From: Candidatus Nanopelagicales bacterium
GTDB taxonomy: Bacteria > Actinomycetota > Actinomycetes > S36-B12
Assembly (NCBI GenBank): GCA_030726915.1
Contig: JANRCR010000018.1
Coordinates: forward strand, 44,814-108,813
Reading direction: 5' to 3'
Length of the DNA: 64,000 bases
Shown here: positions 10,268 to 19,508 of the stretch, piece by piece
Position numbering within the stretch: position 1 is the first letter of the stretch
How the letters are laid out: every line of letters begins with the position of its first letter
Translations under genes and position numbers: made by a program
Notes under the pieces: model-generated
The model's input: the letters and a program-made list of their open reading frames with translations, nothing else
What the model was told of the DNA's origin: nothing
Database searches by the model: none

Positions 10268-12037
10268 ATGTCAGCACAGATGAGTCGGGTCGGTGTCGTC
10301 GGGCTTGGCACGATGGGCGCCGGAATCGCGGAGGTGTTCGCACGCAACGGCTTCACGGTTGTGGCGGTGGAGGCCTCGCCCGAGACGCTCGAACGTGGCC
10401 GCGGTGCCATCCATGGATCGACGAACAGGGCCGTGGCTCGAGGGAAGATTTCTGAGAGTGAGCGCGATGAGGTCCTCGGGCGCATCACGTTTGCGGGGAG
10501 CCTGGATGCACTGGCCCAGGTGGACCTCGTCATCGAGGCTATTCCCGAAGATCTTGATCGCAAACGCGCATTGTTCGCCGCTTTGGATGGGATCGTGTCC
10601 GCGCACGCCATCCTGGCGACGAACACCTCGTCGCTATCCGTGACGGAGATTGCCGTGGCGACGCAGCGACCCGCGCAGGTCATCGGGATGCACTTTTTCA
10701 ATCCGGCACCCGTGCAAGCATTTGTCGAAATCGTCCGAACGGTCGTCACCTCCCAGGAGGTTGTTGACCGTATGGTCGAGGTGGCGCGGCATCTGGGCAA
10801 GGAGCCCGTGGTCGTCGGTGACCGCGCAGGATTCATCGCCAATGCGCTGCTCTTTGGTTATCTCAATCACGCGGTGTCCATGTACGAAGCCCATTACGCA
10901 ACTCGTGAAGACATCGATGCTGCGATGAAGTTGGGCTGCGGCTATCCCATGGGACCCCTAGCCCTCCTCGACCTGATCGGTCTTGACACCGCCTACGAGA
11001 TCCTCGACACGATGTACAAGCAGGGCCGTGATCGACTTCATGCGCCGGCTCCGATCCTCAAGCAGATGGTGACCGCGGGTCTCAAGGGCCGCAAGACCGG
11101 TCAGGGGTTTTATTCCTACGCCGCTCCCCACTCCCCGCAGGTGGTCCCAGAAGGTCCACACGTGGACGAGTCGCGAGTGGACCCTCGGCCGGTGCAGCGC
11201 GTCGGCGTCATCGGATCGGGCACCATGGCGACGGGAATCGCGGAGGTCCTCGCCAAGGGAGGATGTGAGGTCGTCCTGGTCGCCCGGTCGGAGTCCAGTG
11301 TCGATCGCGCGCTCCGAGGGATTGACACGTCCCTCGGCAAGGCCGTGGAGCGCGGCAAAATCGAGTCCGCAGATCGAGACCTGATCCGAGGACGGATCAG
11401 TGGATCAACCGCACTGGAGGATCTCGCGGACGTTGATCTTGTCGTTGAAGCGGTTGTTGAGGACATCAATGTCAAGACCGCCCTCTTCGTCACTCTCGAC
11501 CAGATATGCCGTCCGGGAGCGATCCTTGCGACGACCACGTCCAGTCTCCCCGTCATTGAACTCGCAGCGGTGACAAATCGTCCGCAGGATGTGGTCGGCC
11601 TTCACTTCTTTAACCCGGCAGCGGTCATGCGCCTGGTCGAGGTAGTCACAACGGTCTCAACTGCTCCAGATGTTCTGGCTACAGCGGTCGAGATATCCCT
11701 TCGGGCGGGTAAGCATCCTGTCGTGTGCGGGGATCGGGCCGGTTTCATCGTCAATGCGCTGCTCTTCCCCTACCTCAATGATGCGATTCGCATGCTGGAG
11801 GCCAACTATGCGTTAGCGGAGGACATCGACATCGCGATGAAGAAGGGCTGCGGTTATCCGATGGGTCCCTTTGAATTGCTGGATGTGGTGGGACTGGACG
11901 TGTCCCTGGCTATTCAGCAGACCCTGTACAGGGAATTCCGCGAGCCCGGATTCGCCCCTGCTCCCCGGCTGGAGCATCTGGTGACGGCGGGGTATCTCGG
12001 ACGCAAGTCCGGCCGCGGATTCCGCACCTACGGCTAG
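10268..12037 (+). CDS. 3-hydroxyacyl/3-hydroxybutyryl-CoA dehydrogenase, tandem-duplicated fusion
   Basis: 589 aa. Two complete modules, each with a Rossmann motif (VGLGTMGAGIA; IGSGTMATGIA) and a catalytic stretch (TNTSSLS...GMHFFNPAP; TTTSSLP...GLHFFNPAA). Confidence 0.9.
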   Translation: MSAQMSRVGVVGLGTMGAGIAEVFARNGFTVVAVEASPETLERGRGAIHGSTNRAVARGKISESERDEVLGRITFAGSLDALAQVDLVIEAIPEDLDRKRALFAALDGIVSAHAILATNTSSLSVTEIAVATQRPAQVIGMHFFNPAPVQAFVEIVRTVVTSQEVVDRMVEVARHLGKEPVVVGDRAGFIANALLFGYLNHAVSMYEAHYATREDIDAAMKLGCGYPMGPLALLDLIGLDTAYEILDTMYKQGRDRLHAPAPILKQMVTAGLKGRKTGQGFYSYAAPHSPQVVPEGPHVDESRVDPRPVQRVGVIGSGTMATGIAEVLAKGGCEVVLVARSESSVDRALRGIDTSLGKAVERGKIESADRDLIRGRISGSTALEDLADVDLVVEAVVEDINVKTALFVTLDQICRPGAILATTTSSLPVIELAAVTNRPQDVVGLHFFNPAAVMRLVEVVTTVSTAPDVLATAVEISLRAGKHPVVCGDRAGFIVNALLFPYLNDAIRMLEANYALAEDIDIAMKKGCGYPMGPFELLDVVGLDVSLAIQQTLYREFREPGFAPAPRLEHLVTAGYLGRKSGRGFRTYG

Positions 12038-12040
12038 CGG

Positions 12041-12301
12041 GTGGGACGTCGCAGACCGGCGCGCAAGCCGGCCGCCCCACGCCCGGATGTGCTCGAGGAG
12101 CACCCGGACGGCGACTGGTTTGTGCGCCCGATCACGGGATCAGCATCGACGAAGCCCTATCGCTGCCCCGGGTGTGACCATGAGATTCCTCCGGCCACGC
12201 CGCACATTGTCGCCTGGCGGGCGGATAGGGGTGCTGATGAGAGGCGCCACTGGCATGCCCCCTGCTGGCGCGCTCGGGATCGCCGTGGGCCGGCCCGATG
12301 A
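12041..12301 (+). CDS. Small conserved actinobacterial protein with a zinc-ribbon-like CxxC...HxHxxC motif
   Basis: 86 aa. YRCPGCDHEIPPATPHIVAW...RRHWHAPCW. GTG start 3 nt after the upstream stop. Its stop overlaps the next start (ATGA). Confidence 0.6.
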   Translation: MGRRRPARKPAAPRPDVLEEHPDGDWFVRPITGSASTKPYRCPGCDHEIPPATPHIVAWRADRGADERRHWHAPCWRARDRRGPAR

Positions 12302-13077
12302 GTGACCAGGTGCGTGCCGACGAGGCCATTCGCTCGGGGAGCGTCCTGCCCGCCCTTCGCCGACCCATCACGGTGACAACCTCGGATGGGCTGAATCTCG
12401 TCGGCGAGATCGCGGTACCGGTTGGCCGCCCGGCCGTGGCGACCCTGGTGTGCGTTCACCCACTTCCGACGCACGGCGGGATGATGGATAGCCACCTGCT
12501 GCGTAAGGCCGCTTGGCGATTGCCTGCACTGGCAGACATCGCCGTCCTGCGCTTCAACACGCGAGGGACAGCATCAGCAGCGGGAGTGAGTGATGGCTCC
12601 TTCGATGCCAGCGATGGCGAAGGCGAGGATCTCGCATCAGCGGTTGCCTGGGTCCGGGACGCAGGGCTACCCGATCCGTGGTTACTGGGCTGGTCCTTCG
12701 GCAGCGACGTCGTCCTTCGCCACGGGGTGGATCTCAACCCTGCCGGGGTGATCCTGGTCTCACCACCTCTGCGCTACACCTCACCGGAGGAGTTACGCCG
12801 ATGGAACGATCTCACCTGCCCGCTCGTCTGCCTGATCCCAGAACTCGATGATGTCCTTCGGCCCGCCGAGGCTCGGGAGAGGTTCGCCGTGGTCCCGCGC
12901 GCCCACATTGATGTTGGTTTTGGAGCCGGACACCTGTGGGTGGGAGAGGTGTACGCCAGGATGGTGCTCGATGCCGTCGTTGAGCGGTTAGCCCCCGACC
13001 GGGCCCCCGTGCCGGGGATCTGGCCTGCAGACAGAGCCCTCCGGGAGGGCCCAATGGAAAGGTGGTCGGACCTATGA
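12298..13077 (+). CDS. Alpha/beta hydrolase family protein
   Basis: 259 aa. Nucleophile elbow GWSFGS. CVHPLPTHGGMMDSH...LRFNTRG, typical of the short alpha/beta-hydrolase group. Confidence 0.75.
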   Translation: MSDQVRADEAIRSGSVLPALRRPITVTTSDGLNLVGEIAVPVGRPAVATLVCVHPLPTHGGMMDSHLLRKAAWRLPALADIAVLRFNTRGTASAAGVSDGSFDASDGEGEDLASAVAWVRDAGLPDPWLLGWSFGSDVVLRHGVDLNPAGVILVSPPLRYTSPEELRRWNDLTCPLVCLIPELDDVLRPAEARERFAVVPRAHIDVGFGAGHLWVGEVYARMVLDAVVERLAPDRAPVPGIWPADRALREGPMERWSDL

Positions 13078-13832
13078 GCCTCGACCTGACGGGACGTCGC
13101 GCTGTGGTCACGGGAGCTTCCCGTGGCATTGGCCGAGCCATTGCTCTGGCGTACGCGCGCGAGGGCGCGGATGTTGCCGTGCTGGCGCGCAACGCCGAAC
13201 TCCTCTCGGAGGTGGCCGTGGAGATGGAGGCACTCGGTGGCCGGGCGGTCGTTGTCACGGCCGATGTCTTGGACACCGATGCCACACGTTCGGCTGTGTC
13301 CGCCGCAGTCGATGCGCTGGGTGGACTCGACATCCTGGTGAACAATGCGGGTGGCAATTCTTTTTCTTCCCCGGTGAGTCATATGCGCATGAGTGGCTGG
13401 GAGAAGACAATGCGCCTCAACCTGGATTCCATCGTCCACATCACCCAGGAATGTCTTCCTGCTCTTGGTGAGGGAGGTGGCGCCATCATCAATGTCTCCT
13501 CCGTTGCCGGGCTCAGAGGGGCGCCGACCATGGCGCACTACGGTGCCGCCAAGGCAGCTCTCCTGTCCTTCACCCAGTCCCTCGCCCTCGAGACAGCCTG
13601 GATGGGTATTCGGGTGAATGCGCTCGTGCCCGGATGGATCGACACCGATCTCACGGATTTTCTCCGGTCCAGTGACGAAGCCGAACGAGGCACGCTCGCG
13701 CGCGTGCCGATGCAGCGGTGGGGCCGTGCAGAGGAGATTGCGGAGCCCGCCGTCTTCCTGGCGAGTGATGCGTCATCCTTCATGACGGGACAGGCGCTCA
13801 TCATCGACGGCGGATTGTCAGTGATGCCCTAA
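13074..13832 (+). CDS. SDR family oxidoreductase (FabG-like)
   Basis: VVTGASRGIGRAIA cofactor motif, NNAG, and YGAAKAAL (YxxxK). Start moved to ATG 13074, which forms ATGA with the upstream stop. The ORF track starts at 13062. Confidence 0.88.
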   Translation: MSLDLTGRRAVVTGASRGIGRAIALAYAREGADVAVLARNAELLSEVAVEMEALGGRAVVVTADVLDTDATRSAVSAAVDALGGLDILVNNAGGNSFSSPVSHMRMSGWEKTMRLNLDSIVHITQECLPALGEGGGAIINVSSVAGLRGAPTMAHYGAAKAALLSFTQSLALETAWMGIRVNALVPGWIDTDLTDFLRSSDEAERGTLARVPMQRWGRAEEIAEPAVFLASDASSFMTGQALIIDGGLSVMP

Positions 13833-13860
13833 ACGGAACGTCCCGCGACCGCGGTCACGG

Positions 13861-15789
13861 TCAGGACTGGGGCACTCCGGCTGCTCGCAAGATTTCGCGG
13901 ACGAAGGCTTTGATGCCCGACGGCCACTGCGGGTGGGTCCCGTCGCTGACAAAGTACTCCGGATTGTCCTCAGAGACGGCGTACCAATCGGCAATGACGG
14001 CGTTGGGATAGTCCGGAACGATGGAGGCGATGAGTTCGTTGTTGGGCCGCATCCACGGACGCGGAACGTTGGTGTTGACCACGACCACTCGCTCACGGTC
14101 ACTCAGGATGTCGAGCATGGAGCGGAGTTGGTCTTCGGTGAGAACGCCGTTGGTACCGGTGTGAATGATGACCGTGGGAGCCAGGAGCCCCTTCTGTGAC
14201 AGCCGCTCGACACGTTCCAGCACCCCGGAGGCCTGGCGGCTCACCTCCGCATCCACCTTGGCGAGATCGATCTTCTCCATGAGTTGGCCTGCAATACCGA
14301 GCATGACCGAGTCACCGATGGCTGTGACGGCACCGTTGGCGTTCGTGGGTATCCCATCCTTCGATGGGGTCGGCTCGGTTGTCCCCCCGGATGACCCCTC
14401 GGATGGCCCGGGGGACGGCGCAGCGGAGGCGGTGGGCTCGTCGATGAGGATTTCGGTGGGTCCCCCGTCATCAATGCCGAGGGCAGCGGCTACATCGGCG
14501 GGGACAGCCTGGTCGGGGGGCTTGGCCGTGGCCAGGCCCGCTCCGATGAGCCCCAGGGCGGCTATGGCAACACCGCTACTCGCGAGGACACGGCGCCGAA
14601 GATACGTACGCTCGTCGGGATCAGACTCGCGCCAGCGGGTGATGAAGGCACCGATGGCGCCGCGGCGAATCGGAATCTCGACGTACCGGTAGGAGAGTTC
14701 GGCGACCAGGAAAGTGAGTCCGAATCTGAGGACGAAGAGTGCGGGGCCGTCGAGGGGGATATCGAGGTTGGGGCGCGTGATGACGAAGATCGGCCAGTGC
14801 CACAGATAAAGGCCGTAGGAGCGCTGACCGATATACCGCCACGGCTGGGAGCCGAGAATCCGTCCGAAGGGTGCCCCGGGATGGCTCGCCGCAGCGATGA
14901 GCACACAGACCACGGCGGACAGTACGAGGAAGCCGCCTCGGTAGATGAAGTTGGAGTATTCACCGACCTGCCAGAAGAACCACACGACCGTGAGCAAAGC
15001 GATGACGCCCACGAGGGTGATCACAGCTTGCGCTCCACCCGTCAGCTGCCTGGAGAGTCGCCCGGGGCGCCACACCATGGCCAGTGCCGCACCGAGCAGG
15101 AGCCCCATGATGTGACTGTCCGCGCCGAAGTAGGCACGGCTGGGATCAGCCTCAGTGGGGTAGCCGTTGGTGATGGCGAGAAAGGCCATCCACAGGGTCG
15201 AGGCGAGTGCGCCCCCGACGGCCACGTAGAAGACGGCTCGGCGTCCCTTCCAGCGCAACAGGAGAAGGGCGAGAAGCGGCCAGATGAGATAGAACTGCTC
15301 CTCGACCGCGAGGGACCACAGGTGTTGGAGGAACGGAGGTCGACCGATCGCCTCGAAGTACGAAGCATCGGAGATGACGTACCACCAGTTCGTGACGTAC
15401 AACAGGGAAGCGACAGCATCGGCGCGGAATGCTGCCGCGGAATCGCGGTAGACGAAGGCAGCGAGCATTCCCACCACGACGAGCATGAGCAGGAGGGCGG
15501 GTAGGAGTCGGCGTGCTCGTGCCAGGTAGAAGCGCTTGAAGTCGATGCGCCCGGAACGACTGAATTCCTCGGTGATCAATGTGGTGATGAGGAATCCGGA
15601 CAAAACGAAGAAGACGTCCACCCCGAGATATCCGCCGCGCATCCAGGTGAGATCACCGTGGTAGAGGAGAACTCCGAGAACGGCGAGGGCTCGAACTCCA
15701 TCCAGGCCGGGCAGGTAGCCCATCTCACCGGAACGCCGACCTCGATCGAGATTCCAGGGCTGACGGTCGGTGATATGACTGGTAGCCAC
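13861..15789 (-). CDS. Acyltransferase-3 family membrane protein with a C-terminal SGNH domain (OafA/YrhL-like)
   Basis: 642 aa. LPGLDGVRALAVLGVLLYH start of the AT3 domain, multiple TM segments, a Pro/Ser/Gly linker, then AIGDSVMLG SGNH block. The start could instead be Met23 (15723). Confidence 0.88.
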   Translation of the reverse strand: MATSHITDRQPWNLDRGRRSGEMGYLPGLDGVRALAVLGVLLYHGDLTWMRGGYLGVDVFFVLSGFLITTLITEEFSRSGRIDFKRFYLARARRLLPALLLMLVVVGMLAAFVYRDSAAAFRADAVASLLYVTNWWYVISDASYFEAIGRPPFLQHLWSLAVEEQFYLIWPLLALLLLRWKGRRAVFYVAVGGALASTLWMAFLAITNGYPTEADPSRAYFGADSHIMGLLLGAALAMVWRPGRLSRQLTGGAQAVITLVGVIALLTVVWFFWQVGEYSNFIYRGGFLVLSAVVCVLIAAASHPGAPFGRILGSQPWRYIGQRSYGLYLWHWPIFVITRPNLDIPLDGPALFVLRFGLTFLVAELSYRYVEIPIRRGAIGAFITRWRESDPDERTYLRRRVLASSGVAIAALGLIGAGLATAKPPDQAVPADVAAALGIDDGGPTEILIDEPTASAAPSPGPSEGSSGGTTEPTPSKDGIPTNANGAVTAIGDSVMLGIAGQLMEKIDLAKVDAEVSRQASGVLERVERLSQKGLLAPTVIIHTGTNGVLTEDQLRSMLDILSDRERVVVVNTNVPRPWMRPNNELIASIVPDYPNAVIADWYAVSEDNPEYFVSDGTHPQWPSGIKAFVREILRAAGVPQS

Positions 15790-15896
15790 CGTCGCCCCTT
15801 TCCACTACGCCAGGGCGCCGCCGTGCCGCGAGCCCTAGTCATCGTACGTGGTGGTGTCCGGTGAAACCCGTTCCTACCGCGGGGTATGGGGAAGTT

Positions 15897-16352
15897 TCAG
15901 TGCCCTCCACCCGCCTGGACGAGCTCGATGAGGACGCCACCGCAGTCCTTCGGATGGGCGAAATTCACGAGGGAACCCGCGGTGCCCGTCTTGGCCTCCT
16001 CGTACAGCATCCGCACACCTGCCGCGCGCAGGCGTCGAGCAGCGTCCTGCACATCGTCGACGCCGAAGGCCACCTGTTGAATCCCAGGACCCTGGCGCTC
16101 GAGGAATCGGCCGATCGGTGAATCCGCCCTCAGGGGTGCGAGGAGTTGAATGAAGCCATCGCCCACGGCAAGCATGGCTTCGCGCACGCCCTGCTCCTCG
16201 TTGATCTCTTCGTGCACCACCTGGACGCCGAAGGCACGGCGATAGAAGTCCACTGCCTGATCGAGGTCGGGGACGGCGATCCCCACATGATCAATGTGCG
16301 TGATGACCGGCGCGAGGGCCTGATCGTGGATGGCCGATGTGATCGGGGCCAT
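15897..16352 (-). CDS. mce: Methylmalonyl-CoA epimerase (VOC/glyoxalase fold)
   Basis: 151 aa. IDHVGIAVPDLDQAVDFY...GIQQVAFGVDDV...LIELVQ. Divergent from the thiolase, as at the Rv1322A/fadA4 locus (recalled). Confidence 0.88.
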   Translation of the reverse strand: MAPITSAIHDQALAPVITHIDHVGIAVPDLDQAVDFYRRAFGVQVVHEEINEEQGVREAMLAVGDGFIQLLAPLRADSPIGRFLERQGPGIQQVAFGVDDVQDAARRLRAAGVRMLYEEAKTGTAGSLVNFAHPKDCGGVLIELVQAGGGH

Positions 16353-16462
16353 GGATCCTCCTCAGAATGGTGGGCATCGGGCTCAGTCGTGCGGGGATGG
16401 CTGCCTCGCTAGGGTGACACCATCGTTGCAAGCCCGACCGTGCCACGCCCTCGGAGGTGCCC

Positions 16463-17644
16463 ATGTCTGTGATTGTCGCCGGTGCTCGCACCCCTATGGG
16501 GCGCCTTCTGGGGTCGTTGAAGGGCCTGTCTGCAGCTGATCTCGGGGGAGCGGCCATCCGGGGGGCGCTGGAGCGTGCCGGAGTGTCCCCCGCTCTCGTC
16601 GACTACGTCATCATGGGTCAGGTTCTTCAGGCGGGCACCGGGCAGATCACTGCGCGCCAGGCTGCTGTCCAGGCGGGGATTGGCATGGATGTACCTGCTC
16701 TCACCATCAACAAGGTGTGCCTATCCGGTCTGGACGCAATCGCGTTGGCGGACCAACTCATCCGCGCGGGTGAGTTCGATGTCGTGGTCGCGGGCGGAAT
16801 GGAATCGATGACCAATGCTCCGCACCTGCTCATGGGATCGCGTGAGGGTGTGAAGTATGGGGATTGGACCGTGGTGGACTCCATGGCCTTCGACGGGTTG
16901 ACCTGCGCATTTGACACCTGCGCCATGGGTGAATCCACCGAGTCGTACAACGTGCGATACGGCCTCACCCGTGAGGAGCAGGACGCCTTTGCCGCGCGCT
17001 CCCACCAGCGAGCCGCCGCGGCCCAGGCCCAGGGCGTGTTCGCGGATGAGATCGTGCCCGTGGACATCCCGCAGCGCAAGGGAGATCCGATCGTCTTTTC
17101 TGCGGATGAGGGCATCCGTCCGGACACCACGGTGGCGTCGCTCGCTGGCCTGCGCCCAGCCTTTGCCAAGGATGGCACGATCACAGCGGGCACAGCCTCG
17201 CAGATTTCTGATGGTGCTGCGGCTGTCGTCGTCATGAGTCGTGATAAGGCCGAGGAATTGGGTCTGACCTGGCTGGCCGAGATCGGTGCGCATGGAGTCG
17301 TGGCAGGCCCGGATGCATCCCTGCACGAACAGCCGGCACGCGCCATCCTGCGTGCCTGCGACAAGGAGGGCATCGACGTAGCCGACCTCGACCTGATCGA
17401 GATCAATGAGGCGTTCGCCGCGGTGGGGATCGTGTCCACCCGGATACTGGACGTGTCCGACGAGATCGTCAATGTCAACGGGGGTGCCATCGCCCTGGGC
17501 CATCCCATCGGCATGTCGGGCGCGCGGCTGGTCTTGCATCTGGCCCACGAATTGCGCCGACGCGGGGGTGGAGTGGGCGCGGCCGCACTATGCGGTGGTG
17601 GTGGCCAGGGAGACGCACTCATCCTGCGCGTGCCGGGACGGTGA
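16463..17644 (+). CDS. Acetyl-CoA C-acetyltransferase (thiolase II)
   Basis: Thiolase motifs [12 protein letters not shown] (active Cys), NEAFAAV, and [17 protein letters not shown]...[14 protein letters not shown] at 16453-16457 sits 5 nt upstream of ATG 16463, so that start is preferred over GTG 16457. Confidence 0.95.
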   Translation: MSVIVAGARTPMGRLLGSLKGLSAADLGGAAIRGALERAGVSPALVDYVIMGQVLQAGTGQITARQAAVQAGIGMDVPALTINKVCLSGLDAIALADQLIRAGEFDVVVAGGMESMTNAPHLLMGSREGVKYGDWTVVDSMAFDGLTCAFDTCAMGESTESYNVRYGLTREEQDAFAARSHQRAAAAQAQGVFADEIVPVDIPQRKGDPIVFSADEGIRPDTTVASLAGLRPAFAKDGTITAGTASQISDGAAAVVVMSRDKAEELGLTWLAEIGAHGVVAGPDASLHEQPARAILRACDKEGIDVADLDLIEINEAFAAVGIVSTRILDVSDEIVNVNGGAIALGHPIGMSGARLVLHLAHELRRRGGGVGAAALCGGGGQGDALILRVPGR

Positions 17645-18579
17645 ACGACCGGGAGGTGACAGAGGTCGACGACCTCGTCGCACGGGCTCGTCGTGGTGAG
17701 CCGCGAGCGGTGGCTCGCCTGATCTCCTGGGTCGAGGATGGCTCGCGCCTGCTGCCGGAGGTCCTGGCCCGACTTCCCTCGCGCGGGCAGGTGTTTGTCA
17801 TCGGGCTGACGGGATCGCCCGGGGTCGGTAAGTCCACCATGACCTCCGCGCTCGTGTCCGCCTATCGCGCCCGACATCAGCGCGTGGGTGTGCTTGCGGT
17901 GGATCCGAGCTCCCCCTTTTCCGGCGGCGCACTCCTGGGCGACCGCATTCGCATGCAGGACCACGCGACGGACGAGGGTGTCTTCATCCGATCGATGGCG
18001 TCACGCGGCCACCTGGGAGGCATGGCAGCCTCAACGCCCCAGGCGGTGCGGGTGCTGGAGGCCGCTGGATGCGACATCGTCCTCATCGAAACCGTGGGCG
18101 TGGGCCAATCCGAGGTTGATGTCGCTGCCACGGCGGATGCCACCGTCGTGATCCTTGCCCCGGGAATGGGGGATGGCATCCAGGCCGCCAAGGCGGGGAT
18201 CCTGGAGGTTGCCGACATCGTGTGCGTCAACAAGGCTGATCGCGACGGGGCGGAGTCGACCGCACGGGAGATCCGCCAGATGCTGCGGCTGGGAGCCCTC
18301 CGGGAGGGTTGGTCCCCTCCTGTGGTGACCTCAGTGGCCGCCAAGGGCGACATTCATGACCTCGTGGACGCCCTGGATCTACGTCACGAGTGGCTCAGCG
18401 AGGCCGATCACCTGCGGGCGCGCCGGCGTGAACGGGCAACCGCTGAGATTCTCGCCCTCGCACAGGGGAGGGCCCGGGAACGATGGAAGGCGCGACTGGA
18501 CCCCGAGGTCATCGATGGGGTGGCCGAGGGACGTGTGAGTCCGTTCGACGCGGCCGACGGCCTCCTCTCTGGCGACTGA
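17641..18579 (+). CDS. meaB: Methylmalonyl-CoA mutase-associated G-protein chaperone MeaB/ArgK
   Basis: P-loop [22 protein letters not shown], and VNKADRDG (NKxD). Start placed at GTG 17641, overlapping the thiolase TGA (GTGA). The ORF track's longer start, 17590, lies inside the thiolase gene. Confidence 0.9.
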   Translation: MNDREVTEVDDLVARARRGEPRAVARLISWVEDGSRLLPEVLARLPSRGQVFVIGLTGSPGVGKSTMTSALVSAYRARHQRVGVLAVDPSSPFSGGALLGDRIRMQDHATDEGVFIRSMASRGHLGGMAASTPQAVRVLEAAGCDIVLIETVGVGQSEVDVAATADATVVILAPGMGDGIQAAKAGILEVADIVCVNKADRDGAESTAREIRQMLRLGALREGWSPPVVTSVAAKGDIHDLVDALDLRHEWLSEADHLRARRRERATAEILALAQGRARERWKARLDPEVIDGVAEGRVSPFDAADGLLSGD

Positions 18580-18601
18580 TGACGGATGGCAGGATGAGCG
18601 C

Positions 18602-19483
18602 GTGAGTCAGCCCTCCATGCCCCTCCGCGGTGCCGTCGACCTCGGTGCCCTGGCAAGTCAGCGCGAGGCAGAACAGCGTCGCGAGAGTGCCATGGCGACC
18701 GCTCCTGCCGGCATTGTCATCGATGTCACGGAGGCGACGTTCCCGCAGGCTGTCATCGAGCAGAGCATGACGGTGCCGGTGGTCCTTGATCTGTGGGCGA
18801 CGTGGTGCGGACCCTGCAAGACGCTGTCACCGATTCTGGAGGCACTGGCTGCGGAGTACGGCGGACGGTTCGTGCTCGCCAAGGTCGATGTCGATGCCGA
18901 GCAGCGTGTCGCGCAGGCGTTCCAGGTCCAGTCCATCCCGAGTGTTTTCGCCGTACTCGGCGGTCAGCCCGTGCCGTTGTTCCAGGGGGCCCTTCCTGAG
19001 CCGCAGGTGCGCGCCTACATCGATGAGCTGCTGCGCGTGGCAGCAGAAAACGGCGTTACGGGCACCGTCGCGACTGAGCCGGAGTCGCCGGTTGAGGAGC
19101 CCGTCGAAGAGCCGGAGGACCCGCGCTTCGCGGCCGCCTTTGATGCCATTGAGGCCGGCGACTGGGCGGCGGCAGCGCTCGCCTACACAACGGTGCTCCA
19201 GTCATCTCCGTCCGATGCGGACGCCCAGGCGGGTGCCGCGCTGTGCGACATGCAGGTCCGCTTGGAGTCCGGAGGGGAATCCGGCCCATTGCGCGATGCG
19301 GACGTGGCGGCTGCGGCGGGGGACTACGAGGTGGCCTTCCGTACGCTCGTGGCACTGGTGTCATCATCCACCGGAGATGAGCGGGATCAAGCGCGCGAGC
19401 GCCTCATCGCACTCTTCGCACTCGCGGGTGATGATCCCGCGGTGCCACCGGCCCGCCTGGCGCTCGCCAACGCGCTCTTTTAG
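18602..19483 (+). CDS. Thioredoxin-domain plus TPR co-chaperone-like protein (YbbN/CnoX-like)
   Basis: 293 aa. N-terminal thioredoxin fold with WCGPC, and a C-terminal Ala-rich TPR-like half. Confidence 0.85.
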   Translation: MSQPSMPLRGAVDLGALASQREAEQRRESAMATAPAGIVIDVTEATFPQAVIEQSMTVPVVLDLWATWCGPCKTLSPILEALAAEYGGRFVLAKVDVDAEQRVAQAFQVQSIPSVFAVLGGQPVPLFQGALPEPQVRAYIDELLRVAAENGVTGTVATEPESPVEEPVEEPEDPRFAAAFDAIEAGDWAAAALAYTTVLQSSPSDADAQAGAALCDMQVRLESGGESGPLRDADVAAAAGDYEVAFRTLVALVSSSTGDERDQARERLIALFALAGDDPAVPPARLALANALF

Positions 19484-19508
19484 GCGTGGTCGATTGCGCC
19501 CATCGAGC

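Noticed and set aside
16627-17964. 445-aa minus-strand ORF opposite the thiolase and meaB
   Set aside because: It is an antisense shadow of conserved genes, with a Ser/Pro/Ala/Arg-rich low-complexity translation.
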